Source of the DNA: Crocinitomicaceae bacterium
Lineage (GTDB): Bacteria; Bacteroidota; Bacteroidia; Flavobacteriales_D; Crocinitomicaceae
Direction of reading: 5' to 3'
Assembly: GCA_041751955.1 (NCBI GenBank)
Contig: JBGSIB010000050.1
Location: 59,598 to 123,597 of the forward strand
Length of the DNA stretch: 64,000 bases
Positions within the stretch are counted from its first letter, which is position 1. Each line of letters begins with the position of its first letter. The translations under genes were made by a program, and so were the position numbers. The notes under the pieces were generated by a model. The model had not been told where the DNA came from. It was given only the letters and a program-made list of their open reading frames with translations, and searched no databases. Below, one piece after another: positions 50,071 through 61,067 of this stretch.

Positions 50071-50958
50071 GTGAGATACGGAGCCATTGATATCGGAACC
50101 AACGCTGCACGACTTTTGGTCGGAGAGGTGACCCAAGAAGAAGGACATTCTTTTATCAAAAAAGTTTCCTATACCCGTATTCCCTTGCGTCTCGGAGAAG
50201 AAGTGTTTGGCACAGGTGAAATTTCTGAAAAAAAGAAAATTGAATTTGTTAAAACTGTTCATGCTTTTCGATTGATTTCAGAAATTTTTGAAGTACAAGA
50301 ACTAAGAGCCTGCGCCACTTCTGCCATGCGCGAAGCAGTGAATGGTGACGAGGTACGCAAACTAATCAAAAAGGAAACAGGCGTTCGCATTGAAACCATT
50401 TCTGGTGACGAAGAAGCCGAACTGATTTTGGGCACATTTAGTCTCTTTGATTTAGATATTGAAGTGCCTTTTGTTGTAGTCGACGTGGGTGGTGGAAGCA
50501 CGGAAATTAGTGTTTTTGAAAACGGCACAAGAATAGCTTCAAAATCTTTCGCTATCGGTACCTTGCGAATTTTGAAAGAAAAAGTAGACGAATCGTCTTG
50601 GAAAGAAATGCTGTATTGGCTAGGGGAAAATGTTGAGTTGAACAAAAAGCATGTTGTTTATGGGACCGGTGGAAACATCAACAAAGCTCAAAAACTGGTT
50701 GGAGCCATGCAAGATGATCCCATTTCTTTGAAAAAAATTGAAGATTTGAGAGATGCCTTGTTGCCACTGACCTTGGCGCAACGTGTGGATCGTTATCAAC
50801 TTAAACCGGATAGGGCTGACGTTTTAGTTCCAGCGATGGATATTTTTTCTTTCGTTATGCGTGCCTTGAAATGTCGTCAAATATTGGTTCCGAAGATTGG
50901 ACTTTCCGATGGAATCATTTACCAATTGGACAAAAAGAATAAAAACAAAAAAAAATAG
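50071..50958 (+). CDS. Ppx/GppA-family phosphatase (exopolyphosphatase N-terminal-type, short form)
   Basis: RYGAIDIGTNAARLLVGEV actin-fold phosphate-1 motif. GTG start, and 295 aa. Confidence 0.75.
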   Translation: MRYGAIDIGTNAARLLVGEVTQEEGHSFIKKVSYTRIPLRLGEEVFGTGEISEKKKIEFVKTVHAFRLISEIFEVQELRACATSAMREAVNGDEVRKLIKKETGVRIETISGDEEAELILGTFSLFDLDIEVPFVVVDVGGGSTEISVFENGTRIASKSFAIGTLRILKEKVDESSWKEMLYWLGENVELNKKHVVYGTGGNINKAQKLVGAMQDDPISLKKIEDLRDALLPLTLAQRVDRYQLKPDRADVLVPAMDIFSFVMRALKCRQILVPKIGLSDGIIYQLDKKNKNKKK

Positions 50959-50961
50959 CGC

Positions 50962-51792
50962 ATGACTAGGGCGGAACTCGTTGAACAAATCAAAATCAAG
51001 AAATCTTTTTTATGTATAGGTTTGGATACGGATTTGGATAAAATCCCTGCTCACTTTTTGGATTTGGAAGATCCGATTTTTGAGTTCAACAAAGCCATTA
51101 TTGATGCCACGAAAGATTATTGTGTTGCCTATAAACCCAATATCGCTTTTTACGAATGTTACGGTCCAAAAGGCTGGGAATCGCTGCAAAAGACATTAGA
51201 CTATATTCCCAAAAATATATTTACCATTGCCGATGCCAAGCGCGGAGATATTGGTAACACATCGCTTTATTACGCTAAAACTTTCTTTGATTATTTGAGT
51301 TGTGATTCGGTTACTGTAGCACCGTACATGGGCGAAGATAGCGTTTCACCTTTTTTGACGTATGAAAATAAATGGGTCATACTTCTGGCCTTAACCTCCA
51401 ACAAAGGTGCTTTTGATTTTCAAATGACCGAAGATCAAGATGGCGAAAAGCTCTTTGAAAAAGTATTGAAAAAATCAGCCACCTGGGGAACTCCCGAAAA
51501 TTTGATGTATGTCGTTGGAGCAACAAGAGCTGAAGGCATTGGCGAAGTCCGAAAATTAGTTCCCGATCATTTCTTTTTAGTTCCTGGCGTTGGCGCACAA
51601 GGCGGTTCTTTGGAAGATGTTGTGAAATACGGTTGGAATAAGGATTGCGGTTTATTGGTCAATTCTTCACGAGGAATACTTTATGCTTCCACAGGAGATG
51701 ATTTTGCTAAAAGAGCACGAGAAGAAGCGATGAAGTTGCAGGCAGAAATGGAAAATTTACTTCTCTCAAAGGCTTTTTTAAAACTACTATGA
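50962..51792 (+). CDS. pyrF: orotidine 5'-phosphate decarboxylase (type 2)
   Basis: [14 protein letters not shown] and KPNIAFYE motifs typical of long-form PyrF. The catalytic Lys is in [10 protein letters not shown]. Confidence 0.8.
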   Translation: MTRAELVEQIKIKKSFLCIGLDTDLDKIPAHFLDLEDPIFEFNKAIIDATKDYCVAYKPNIAFYECYGPKGWESLQKTLDYIPKNIFTIADAKRGDIGNTSLYYAKTFFDYLSCDSVTVAPYMGEDSVSPFLTYENKWVILLALTSNKGAFDFQMTEDQDGEKLFEKVLKKSATWGTPENLMYVVGATRAEGIGEVRKLVPDHFFLVPGVGAQGGSLEDVVKYGWNKDCGLLVNSSRGILYASTGDDFAKRAREEAMKLQAEMENLLLSKAFLKLL

Positions 51793-51969
51793 AGTTACTA
51801 TCTATAATCCCCATCTTATTTAAGATTTGAAATTTCAACTTAGTTGATTTATCAGATTTTCCTTCAGTGATGCATGTTGCCCTTCTTCAAGAAATCTAAA
51901 ATAGATTGTTTTTCAAATTATTATTATTAGCGATTTACCTGTCTTCCTAGGTAAGAAAAGCGCAGTCTT

Positions 51970-52013
51970 ATAGAGGGCTGAGCGCAGTCTTTTTGTGGGC
52001 TGAGCGCAGTCGA
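51970..52013 (+). repeat. tandem GGGCTGAGCGCAGTC repeat (2.5 copies) with adjacent weak hairpins
   Basis: AGCGCAGTCT at 51962-51971. GGGCTGAGCGCAGTC occurs at 51976-51990 and at 51999-52013, followed by GAAGCCC and an A-run. Confidence 0.4.
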
Positions 52014-52074
52014 AGCCCAAAAAAAGCCTCCCGCAAAAACGAAAGGCTTAAAATATGTTGATTTTAAAGACAAT

Positions 52075-52245
52075 TAAGCTTCTACAGCTTCCTCGTCGCT
52101 ATCTTCAAAAATACGTTTTGGTTTCATTTGTTGAAATACACCCAAAGTAATCCAATATGGAAGAACAAAGCCCATTAAAAAAACAAGCATCCACAATGCC
52201 ATTCCACCAAATAAAAGAAACGCTGCTAATCCGAAAAAACTCATG
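52075..52245 (-). CDS. small 2-TM membrane protein (56 aa), not in the ORF track
   Basis: ATG...TAA ORF encoding MSFFGLAAFLLFGGMALWMLVFLMGFVLPYWITLGVFQQMKPKRIFEDSDEEAVEA. Lies divergent from fumC. Confidence 0.4.
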
Positions 52246-52314
52246 AGTTGTATTATTTTTGTATCACAATTATGTCTGTAAAATTAATAAATTAATCTCA
52301 TTCAAAAACACAAA

Positions 52315-53709
52315 ATGGAGTTCAGAATAGAAAAAGATACAATGGGCGAGGTAAAAGTACCAGCAAATCGCTATTGGGCGGCCCAAACAGAGCGTTCTCG
52401 CAATAACTTTAAGATAGGACCAGAAGGTTCGATGCCCAAAGAAATTGTTCATGCTTTTGCTTACCTAAAAAAAGCTGCAGCCCATGCTAATTTTGAGCTT
52501 GGAGTTTTACCTGCGGAGAAAAAAGAATTGATTTCTAAAGTTTGTGATGAAATCTTAACCGGTCAATTGGACGATGAATTTCCTTTGGTCATTTGGCAAA
52601 CGGGTTCTGGAACGCAATCCAATATGAATTGCAATGAGGTTATCGCGAACCGCGCGCATGTCATGAACGGCGGTAGTTTGACGGATACAGATAAGATTTT
52701 GAATCCAAATGATGATGTCAACAAATCGCAATCGTCCAACGATACTTTCCCAACGGCTATGCACATTGCGGCGTATAAAATGACGGTGGATGTCACTTTG
52801 CCAGGAATTAAAACGCTACGTGACACTTTACAGGCGAAAGTTATAGAATTCAAGGATATCGTTAAAACAGGTCGAACGCACATGATGGATGCAACTCCAT
52901 TGACTTTGGGGCAAGAATTTAGTGGATATGTTTCTCAATTGGATCATAGTATGCGCTGTATCAACAATGCGTTGGTTCCAGTGGCAGAATTGGCTTTGGG
53001 CGGAACAGCAGTGGGAACAGGACTGAACACACCAAAAGGTTACGATGTTCTTGTAGCTAAAAAAATTGCAGAGTTTACAGGTTTGCCATTCATAACTGCT
53101 CCAAACAAATTTGAAGCATTGGCGGCACATGATGCCATGGTGGAATTATCGGGAGCGTTGAAAAGAGCTGCGGTTTCTTTGATGAAAATCGGTAATGATG
53201 TTCGAATTCTGTCTTCTGGACCCCGCTGTGGAATTGGTGAAATTATCATTCCGGACAACGAGCCAGGTTCTTCCATTATGCCAGGGAAAGTAAATCCCAC
53301 ACAACCCGAAGCTTTGACCATGGTTTGTGCTCAAGTTATGGGAAATGATGTGACTGTTTCTATTGCGGGTTCAAATGGACATTTTGAATTGAATGTTTTC
53401 AAACCCGTTATCGCTGCAAATGTTTTGCAATCAGCACGTTTGATTGGTGATGCTTGTATTTCTTTCAACGATAAATGCGCGGAAGGGATTGAAGCCAATA
53501 AACCTGTTATCGAAAAACATTTGAATAATTCTTTGATGCTAGTAACGGCGTTAAATACCAAAATTGGATATTACAAAGCAGCAGAAATAGCAAAATACGC
53601 ACATAAAAACGGAACAACACTTCGTGAGGCAGCCGTTGGGTTGGGACATGTAACAGAAGAAGAATACGACTTGATTGTCGACCCATCAAAAATGATAGGT
53701 TCTCTTTAG
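52315..53709 (+). CDS. fumC: class II fumarate hydratase
   Basis: [13 protein letters not shown] signature and 464 aa. Confidence 0.95.
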   Translation: MEFRIEKDTMGEVKVPANRYWAAQTERSRNNFKIGPEGSMPKEIVHAFAYLKKAAAHANFELGVLPAEKKELISKVCDEILTGQLDDEFPLVIWQTGSGTQSNMNCNEVIANRAHVMNGGSLTDTDKILNPNDDVNKSQSSNDTFPTAMHIAAYKMTVDVTLPGIKTLRDTLQAKVIEFKDIVKTGRTHMMDATPLTLGQEFSGYVSQLDHSMRCINNALVPVAELALGGTAVGTGLNTPKGYDVLVAKKIAEFTGLPFITAPNKFEALAAHDAMVELSGALKRAAVSLMKIGNDVRILSSGPRCGIGEIIIPDNEPGSSIMPGKVNPTQPEALTMVCAQVMGNDVTVSIAGSNGHFELNVFKPVIAANVLQSARLIGDACISFNDKCAEGIEANKPVIEKHLNNSLMLVTALNTKIGYYKAAEIAKYAHKNGTTLREAAVGLGHVTEEEYDLIVDPSKMIGSL

Positions 53710-53736
53710 GTCTTGAAATTAAATTTCACAAATACA

Positions 53737-53772
53737 AAAATCCCGACCATACTTGGCCGGGATTTTCTTTTT
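53737..53772. terminator. bidirectional terminator between fumC and tonB
   Basis: AAAAATCCCG-(loop)-CGGGATTTTCTTTTT. Confidence 0.6.
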
Positions 53773-53789
53773 AGCGCAAAAGCTAATGA

Positions 53790-54509
53790 TTAGTTTAAGG
53801 TAAAAACAATTGGAAGTTGAACGCGAGTTCTAACTTTTTTCGCACCTATTTCACCTGGAATCCAGTTAGGAAACTCACGAACCACTCGCTTTGCTTCGCG
53901 ATCTAAATCCTTGTGCGCGCTTTTCGCAATTTCGATGTTGGAAACGCTTCCATCTTTTTCCACTACAAAAGTGACATAAACGGTTCCTTCAATTCCACCA
54001 GCTATGCACATTTCAGGATAATCTACCGTACTCATAATGAACTTTTTCATTTCTACTGTGCCGCCTGCAAATGTGGCTTCTTTGTCGACAAAAATCTCGA
54101 TTTTTTCAGCATCAACATCCACTTTTCCAGTGCCTCTGCTCAGATCTGGACCTATTAAAAATTCACCCGTTTCACCGTTTACTGAAGCATCTACTGTTGA
54201 TTCATTGCCTGTAGTTGTGATTTGTTCCCCAATGGGAGTCGAAGCATCTATCGTAGATTGTTGACTTGAATTTTCTGGAATTTCAACTTTGTCTGGAATG
54301 TCCATTTTAATAGTTTTCTCTTTTACATCCTCTTGGTAGTCAATTGCGATTAGCTCAGCGACTACATCATTTCCTTTGTCTGCCCGAAGCATCGGATCAG
54401 AGTAAGTGAATGCTGCGAGTGTAAGTGAGCCCGTCACCAACATGCCAAGTGTGAAAAAGGCACTTCTCTTGCTCTCCAGGTCTAGCCCAGAATTTTTCTT
54501 TGCGATCAT
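53790..54509 (-). CDS. tonB: energy transducer TonB
   Basis: N-terminal TM, then a Pro/Glu-poor linker and a TonB C-terminal domain (GTVYVTFVVEKDGSVSNIEI...). Confidence 0.7.
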   Translation of the reverse strand: MIAKKNSGLDLESKRSAFFTLGMLVTGSLTLAAFTYSDPMLRADKGNDVVAELIAIDYQEDVKEKTIKMDIPDKVEIPENSSQQSTIDASTPIGEQITTTGNESTVDASVNGETGEFLIGPDLSRGTGKVDVDAEKIEIFVDKEATFAGGTVEMKKFIMSTVDYPEMCIAGGIEGTVYVTFVVEKDGSVSNIEIAKSAHKDLDREAKRVVREFPNWIPGEIGAKKVRTRVQLPIVFTLN

Positions 54510-54716
54510 AAAATAAAATTTAATTGGTTATGTTAAGAGAGAATTCAAAACGCGTGCCAAAAATATAAACGACTGATAAATAAGTAATTAATGTGTTATT
54601 TTAGTTAAGGATTAGTTAAGATTAACGTTTTTTTTATTTTTTAAAATCGCTTTTATCCGAAATTTCGCTCCTCTTTTTTTAGATTCAGATCTCGAAAAAA
54701 TGCCGGCAAGAATTCC

Positions 54717-54724
54717 TATCTTTG
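54717..54724 (+). promoter_or_regulatory. TATCTTTG -7 promoter element upstream of the small-membrane-protein/A2M operon
   Basis: TAnnTTTG consensus 25 nt upstream of the ATG at 54749. Confidence 0.3.
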
Positions 54725-54748
54725 AGTACATTAATTTACCTATCAAAA

Positions 54749-55057
54749 ATGAAACCGATTTCTATTTTCCTTATTTCTTCAATTTCCATTGCTTTGGTCT
54801 TGTTTCTTGTTCGCATCAATATTTTCGATGGCGAGATAATCTATGTCACTGGAATTCAAAGATTCGTTGAACAAGCACCCATTAGTTTGTCTTATTTCAT
54901 CGGAATTGGCTATAGCGCTTCGGATATGGAAGGAATAGAATCTTTTCGACTTTTGCCAACTGGTTATTTGATGGCCTTTGTATTAATTATTGGAATCCCT
55001 GGACTCATTGCATACCGCGTTTATCTAGGACGAAGTAAAAAACAAATTCATGAATAA
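54749..55057 (+). CDS. hypothetical small membrane protein
   Basis: Two TM helices. Its stop overlaps the A2M start by 8 nt. Confidence 0.45.
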   Translation: MKPISIFLISSISIALVLFLVRINIFDGEIIYVTGIQRFVEQAPISLSYFIGIGYSASDMEGIESFRLLPTGYLMAFVLIIGIPGLIAYRVYLGRSKKQIHE

Positions 55058-58000
55058 ATTAATCCTAATTATCTGCACCTTCTTCATTTCCTATTTTGCA
55101 ATGAGTCAAAATTATCCTGATATCGACCCAAGTATTCAATTTGAGAAATCTGATTTTTCAGAGGTCGATCAATTGATTGAAGAAGGCCAACCCAACAAGG
55201 CCATAGCCAAGCTTTTATTCATTCAGATCTATGCTATTTCAAACGAAAATTTAGTCGATTTACAGGCTTGTTATGAGCGACTAGAAACTGCTATTTCAAA
55301 CTCGGGCAAAGAGGCAGAAGATATTCAGTCTTTAATCCTTGAGCAACATAAGCTTTTGTTAAAAGCTAAAAATGCCTCCAGAAATATTGCAGCCGCTGCT
55401 TTGTATAGTTGGATGGATAATTGGAAAATTCGACAATCATTTTCTTATGACGACGAAAGCTTGAAATGGCCAACAGAAGGAGTGAGTATTGTTTTGAAAA
55501 ACAATAATTTAAGTCCATTATCCGATTACTATAAATCTCAGATTTTTGCAAACGAGGAGAATTTGATGCGTATCTCTTCAAAGAATATGTTTCAGGATAT
55601 CAATAGCAATTATTACCCGACGCTGTATGACGTTTTTGCGCATAAGAGAATTGACGAAGATTTCTATTATATTAGGGATAACGACTGTTATTTTCTTTCT
55701 ACCAACGAATTTGCAAAACAAGATTTGACCGAAGATTACAGGGTTTTAGCCACCTTGGAATTGCTCAATAAACGCTATAAACGATGGGATGCCTATGCTT
55801 TTTGTATTGAGAATAGAATGGAATTATGCGATCACAATGGTAAAGAAGCTGAGCTGGAAAAGTTTTATGAATCTGTTCAAAAAGAACTTTTACTTGTTCC
55901 TGCAAGTAATCGTTTCGCCTTACTTCGTGCGTATTATTTTGCCCAGGAAGCTAGTGAGGTCAATTGGCGAACTCCTTCTGAGAAGGACAAAGGTTTCATT
56001 ACCGCTCTCGAAATCATTAATCAGGCTCTGAAACTCCATCCCAAGTCTGATTTTACGGTTCAACTCAATGATTTGAAAAAGAAAATTGAGGAAACGAGTG
56101 TTTCTTTTGGAGTTGATGTCGACGGTCATCCAGCTAAGAATCATTTGTTGACTGTTCAATATCGAAATATAACTTCAGCTCATTTTGCGGTATATCGCAT
56201 CACAAAAAATCTGGATATTAAATCTAAGAATCCCTTAAAAAAGTACGAATTAAAGTTGGTGAAAGAACAAGATTTAATTTTCACACCTGATGTCTTGAAA
56301 CGTTCTCACTCTAAAGATTTTATCATTTCAGATTTGAATAAAACGGGTGAGTTTTTGCTGCTTTTGGCGCCAAACAAAGAAGAAGTACAGAAAGCCTTTG
56401 ATCTTGCCGAATGGAATCCAGATACGAAAGTAGCGATGCAAGTTATTCGCTTGACAAACCTTGTTGTTCGACAACACAGTGATAAAGATGGTTACGCGAT
56501 TTTGGTGAATGATGCAAAATCGGGGAAACCAATTGAAGGTGCAAAAGTCAAAGTGGAACCACGATACCAATACGAATATGGAGGATTTTCTTCAGAAGGT
56601 GAAACAGATGTAAACGGCTACTACAAAGTCACAGGTTCGAAAAATTTTAATTACACCGTTTTCTTTGAAGATGACAGTATAAATTCAGATGGATATTATA
56701 GCAACAACGAACAAAACAATGCACACAAACATCAAGTTTTCACAGACAGAAGCATTTATCGACCTGGACAAGCTATTTATTTTAAAACACTTTCATATGA
56801 TGAAAAAAGTGGTGAAGGAAATTTTTGGAAAGAGAAGAAGATAAAAGTTCGATTCACGGATGCTAATGGAAAAGATCAATATATTGAAATACTTCAAACG
56901 AATGAATTTGGATCAACTACGGGTTCTTTTGTCTTGCCAAAAAACGGTTTTCCACTTGGAAACTTCAATGTTTATATCGACAATAAATATGTGAAAAGTA
57001 TTCAGGTTGAAGAATACAAACGGCCAACTTTTGAAGTAACTTTTGATAAGCCAAAGGGAAGAGTGGTTCTAGGTGAAAAATTCACTTTAACAGGAAAAGT
57101 GATGGCATACGCTGGTTATCCTTTGGGTAATGTAGAAGTGAGAATTGACGTGAGTGAAAATCGCTATTTCCCATATTGGTGTTTTGTCCTTGAAGAATGG
57201 CGGAACTACGACACAACCATTACGGTTCAAACAGACGAAAACGGTGTTTTTTCTATCGACTACACCTCTAAAAAACCGAAAGATGCGTATGCCGTGTATT
57301 ATAATTTTGACGCAAAAGTGGTAGATATTAGTGGTGAAACTCAAACGGCCAGTCACTTTATGTATTTGGGTAAAAATTCCTATTCCATTTCAGCGCAAGT
57401 AGACGATAAGTATAGAGTGGATAAAGAAGCAACTGCCTTGGTGGAGGTTTTCAATTCTCAATATGAAAAACAAGAAAACGTAAATGTCAAATACGTTCTC
57501 AGTAAACTAGACCAGTCCAATTGGTATTTAAAGGACAAAAATGAAACCGAATTCAAGGACTTTTCTAGAACAGATTTTGAAAAGAAGTTCAAAACAACAC
57601 GCTATTATTCCGATCAACAAGAAGTATTTGCTTCAGTAAAAACGGGAGAAGTCATCAGCGGAAACAAAATTTCGTTTACTGATTTGGAACCTGGAAATTA
57701 CCGAATTGATTTATCAACTATCGATGAAGTTGGCGATACCATTCACGAGAGTCAAGAATTTATTGTTTGGGATCCAGCTTCCAAGAAAAATCAGCATCAG
57801 TCGGAGTTTTGGGCTGAGGCGATAAATACTCATCCTTCTATAGATGAAGCTGTTGATCTGTACATTGGTTCTTCTTACAAAAAAGCATATTTACTAACGG
57901 CTGTTTATAGTGAAAATGGCTTAGAATCTATGAATTACTCGAAAATCCGTAAACGGAAAAAATTAACTTTTGCCGTAGGCGAAGCCAATAAAAAAGGTTT

Positions 58001-60815
58001 GGCAATTTACAACGGTATTGTTTTGAACGGAAAGGTTCTAGCGGAAACCACTAATTTAACGCCGGTTGATACTTCTAAAGTTTTGAAAATGAAACTAAAA
58101 AGTATCCAAGAACCATTGCGGCCAGGAACTCAGCAATCATGGGAAATGGAAATTTCTCATAATGGCAACAGCGTTAATAATGCAGAACTTTTGGCCAGCA
58201 TGTACGATGCTTCCTTGGATGCTTTTAGAGGACATTATTGGAATACAAGCTTACTTTCGCGCACCTATGTTCGTGCCGATTGGAACGGAATATATAGCCA
58301 AGCACAAATTTATTCATACAACAACTGGTCCTTGAGCGGGTTTTATAATGGATGGGATTCACCATTGTTGATGTCAAATTACAATGGGAATTTCCGAGGA
58401 GGATTGTCCGTTTTTGATGAGATGGCTTCCCCTCCAGTTCCCGGATTAGCCACGAAATCTGCTCCAAACGAAGGTAAATACCGATTGGACGAGGCGAGTC
58501 CAGAGGGGAATTTAGAACCAGAAGCTCAAGAAGTTGTCGACAAGGAAGAGACAAAACCTGTCCGTGAAAACTTCAATGAAACGGCTTTCTTTGCACCACA
58601 AATAAGGGTTTCAGCTGACGGAACATACAAATGGAATTTTACCTTGCCAGATGCTTTGACGAGATGGAAACTCATGACTTTTGCGCATACCTCTGATTTT
58701 AAAACGGCATACGATGTTCAAACATTCGAAGCTCGAAAAGAATTGATGCTCGAAACTTTTGAGCCACGATTCTGGAAAAAAGGAGATGAGCTTTTCTGGG
58801 TAGGGAAAGTGGTTAATCTTTCTGAAAAAGAACAAACAATAGAAGTCAGTCTGAAAATTCAAAATCTAATTGACGAAAGCGACGTCTCAGCAAAATTTGG
58901 AACTTTTCAAAAACAAATCATTACGCTAAAACCCAATGAAAGCCGTGCCGTAGAATGGCCCATTTTTATTTCAGACGATTGTCCAACCTTGGTAAGATTT
59001 GAGGCTGAGGCTTCCACACCTGAATTTTCGGATATTGTTCGCAAAAACATGCCTATTCTGGAAGGACAAGAACGAATTACTTTGGCTCAAAACTTTACGT
59101 TTAGTCAAGCGGGAACACACGATTTGTCCATCAAAGACATTAACAATGTTTCCCAAGAAGCGAAAGTGCTTCACTATTCTGTGAGTGTGCAAACGCAACC
59201 GATTTGGTCTACAATGCTCAGCTTAACACTTGTTCTGCAACCAACGAATGAATTGAATGAGTCTTATTTCGGACAATATTTTGGCGCCTCTTTAGCACAA
59301 GCCATTTTAAAGGAACATCCAGAAATGAAACAGGCTTTGAAGTCTTGGCAGCTTGGAAGTGAAGATGCGTTAACAAGTCTTCTGGAACAAAACGAAGAAT
59401 TGAAAGCTCTGCTTTTGGCGGAAACACCATGGGCGCTTGAGGGGCAAACGGATACAAAGCAATTGCGCCGTTTAGGACAGTTGCTGGATGATGACTATTT
59501 GACACAAACCATTAGCGATTCTTGGAATAAATTGAAAGAATTACAACTTCCGAGTGGAGCTTGGTCTTGGGTTGGAAAAGACAGACCGTCTTGGTACATG
59601 ACACAATACTTTACCAAGGGAATGGTTCAGTTGAAGGAATTAGGCATAAATGTTGACAAAGCGGTTCTTGATAATGCCTTGTTGGCTTTGGATCGAGAAT
59701 ACAACAGTCGATATGATCGCTTAAGCAAAAAGGACAAAGAGCAAAAACTCGGATTGGGCACGATGGAGGTAGAATGGTTATATATTCGTTCTTCCTTGTC
59801 TGCGCCAGAAACTGAAGTCAGCAAATATTATTCATCCATTCTAGAGAAAAATTGGACCAAATTTGGCCTGAACACACAAGCCATTATTGCAGCTTATGCA
59901 CTTTCATCGAATAACAGTAAGTTGGCTGATAAACTAATGGCATCTTTCGAAGACAAGGCCCAACGTAAAAAGAATTTGGGCATGTATTGGAACAAAAACG
60001 ATTACGGCTACGGTTGGTATGAGAATGACTTACAAACTCAGGCCATGCTGATTCATTTTTATACTCGATATAGAAATAAAGAAGAAAAAGTGACCGACAT
60101 GCAAAAATGGCTTTTGCAGCAAAAACGAACACAGCTTTGGGATTCGCCGAAATCGACTGCCATGGCGTGCTATGCATTAATGGATTTTGGAAAAGGAAAT
60201 ATAAAGATGTCGGCCAGTGTTCAGTTTGCAAATCAGCCGCCGCTTCAGGTAAGTGAATCCAATCCTTTTGATAAGTTGACACCAGTCACTCAAAATTTAG
60301 AAACGGCAAAATCAGGTGCTCAATTGACTACGAATTCAGATGGTTTGGTATTTGCAAGTGCGCAGTTGGTTTATACAGACAAGGCTTCCAATATCTCAAA
60401 AACAACTGGTGATTTCCGAATGGAACGTCATTATTACGTTCTTGAAAAAGGTCAAGAAATTGAAATTTCTGAGGAAAGAACTATGGAAGTTGGTGATATG
60501 ATTCGTGTTAAATTGAAGCTAATAAGCGACAGAGAATTGGATTTTGTCTATGTGGAAGATCCAAAAGCTGCTGGCTGGGAAGCCACGGAGATATTGTCCG
60601 GTTATCGTTATGATGTGGCATATTATTATTTGTCCAATCGCGATAGTAAAACCGAAATTTTTATTGAGAATTTGCGAAAAGGAACCTATGTTTTTGAATA
60701 TGATTTGAAAGTTACTGTGAAAGGAAAACTCCAGGTTGGTCCGGCAAAAGTAAGCTGTTATTACGCACCTAGTTTTAGTGCCAATACGCAGGGCGAATTA
60801 TTTGAAATTAAATAA
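55050..60815 (+). CDS. bacterial alpha-2-macroglobulin family protein (MG2-domain protein)
   Basis: 1921 aa with a signal peptide, repeated beta-sandwich MG-like regions and an alpha-helical TED-like region (LPSGAWSW, WDSPKSTAMACYAL). No CxEQ thioester motif was found. Confidence 0.85.
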   Translation: MNKLILIICTFFISYFAMSQNYPDIDPSIQFEKSDFSEVDQLIEEGQPNKAIAKLLFIQIYAISNENLVDLQACYERLETAISNSGKEAEDIQSLILEQHKLLLKAKNASRNIAAAALYSWMDNWKIRQSFSYDDESLKWPTEGVSIVLKNNNLSPLSDYYKSQIFANEENLMRISSKNMFQDINSNYYPTLYDVFAHKRIDEDFYYIRDNDCYFLSTNEFAKQDLTEDYRVLATLELLNKRYKRWDAYAFCIENRMELCDHNGKEAELEKFYESVQKELLLVPASNRFALLRAYYFAQEASEVNWRTPSEKDKGFITALEIINQALKLHPKSDFTVQLNDLKKKIEETSVSFGVDVDGHPAKNHLLTVQYRNITSAHFAVYRITKNLDIKSKNPLKKYELKLVKEQDLIFTPDVLKRSHSKDFIISDLNKTGEFLLLLAPNKEEVQKAFDLAEWNPDTKVAMQVIRLTNLVVRQHSDKDGYAILVNDAKSGKPIEGAKVKVEPRYQYEYGGFSSEGETDVNGYYKVTGSKNFNYTVFFEDDSINSDGYYSNNEQNNAHKHQVFTDRSIYRPGQAIYFKTLSYDEKSGEGNFWKEKKIKVRFTDANGKDQYIEILQTNEFGSTTGSFVLPKNGFPLGNFNVYIDNKYVKSIQVEEYKRPTFEVTFDKPKGRVVLGEKFTLTGKVMAYAGYPLGNVEVRIDVSENRYFPYWCFVLEEWRNYDTTITVQTDENGVFSIDYTSKKPKDAYAVYYNFDAKVVDISGETQTASHFMYLGKNSYSISAQVDDKYRVDKEATALVEVFNSQYEKQENVNVKYVLSKLDQSNWYLKDKNETEFKDFSRTDFEKKFKTTRYYSDQQEVFASVKTGEVISGNKISFTDLEPGNYRIDLSTIDEVGDTIHESQEFIVWDPASKKNQHQSEFWAEAINTHPSIDEAVDLYIGSSYKKAYLLTAVYSENGLESMNYSKIRKRKKLTFAVGEANKKGLAIYNGIVLNGKVLAETTNLTPVDTSKVLKMKLKSIQEPLRPGTQQSWEMEISHNGNSVNNAELLASMYDASLDAFRGHYWNTSLLSRTYVRADWNGIYSQAQIYSYNNWSLSGFYNGWDSPLLMSNYNGNFRGGLSVFDEMASPPVPGLATKSAPNEGKYRLDEASPEGNLEPEAQEVVDKEETKPVRENFNETAFFAPQIRVSADGTYKWNFTLPDALTRWKLMTFAHTSDFKTAYDVQTFEARKELMLETFEPRFWKKGDELFWVGKVVNLSEKEQTIEVSLKIQNLIDESDVSAKFGTFQKQIITLKPNESRAVEWPIFISDDCPTLVRFEAEASTPEFSDIVRKNMPILEGQERITLAQNFTFSQAGTHDLSIKDINNVSQEAKVLHYSVSVQTQPIWSTMLSLTLVLQPTNELNESYFGQYFGASLAQAILKEHPEMKQALKSWQLGSEDALTSLLEQNEELKALLLAETPWALEGQTDTKQLRRLGQLLDDDYLTQTISDSWNKLKELQLPSGAWSWVGKDRPSWYMTQYFTKGMVQLKELGINVDKAVLDNALLALDREYNSRYDRLSKKDKEQKLGLGTMEVEWLYIRSSLSAPETEVSKYYSSILEKNWTKFGLNTQAIIAAYALSSNNSKLADKLMASFEDKAQRKKNLGMYWNKNDYGYGWYENDLQTQAMLIHFYTRYRNKEEKVTDMQKWLLQQKRTQLWDSPKSTAMACYALMDFGKGNIKMSASVQFANQPPLQVSESNPFDKLTPVTQNLETAKSGAQLTTNSDGLVFASAQLVYTDKASNISKTTGDFRMERHYYVLEKGQEIEISEERTMEVGDMIRVKLKLISDRELDFVYVEDPKAAGWEATEILSGYRYDVAYYYLSNRDSKTEIFIENLRKGTYVFEYDLKVTVKGKLQVGPAKVSCYYAPSFSANTQGELFEIK

Positions 60816-61067
60816 TCGGAATAGAAATTATAGAATTGTCATAACTAGGTAATCTTACGATTTTTCTATGGTGGGCATACCTAATTATTCCGCAATATAC
60901 TGTTAGAAAAGAGATGCATTTTTTTGATCCGCATTAGAGTCTAACTAATTTAAAGAATAGCACGAGCATGTAAAGAGGTAATCTATTTCAAGCTTTGTAA
61001 TTTAAGTTACCGTAAATGAAAAATAAATATGAGACATTTGCATTATTAATTAAATCAAACGTTAGAA

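Noticed and set aside
55050-60815. Thioester (CxEQ) site in the A2M protein
   Set aside because: I looked for it by eye and did not find it. I therefore do not claim a covalent-trapping mechanism.
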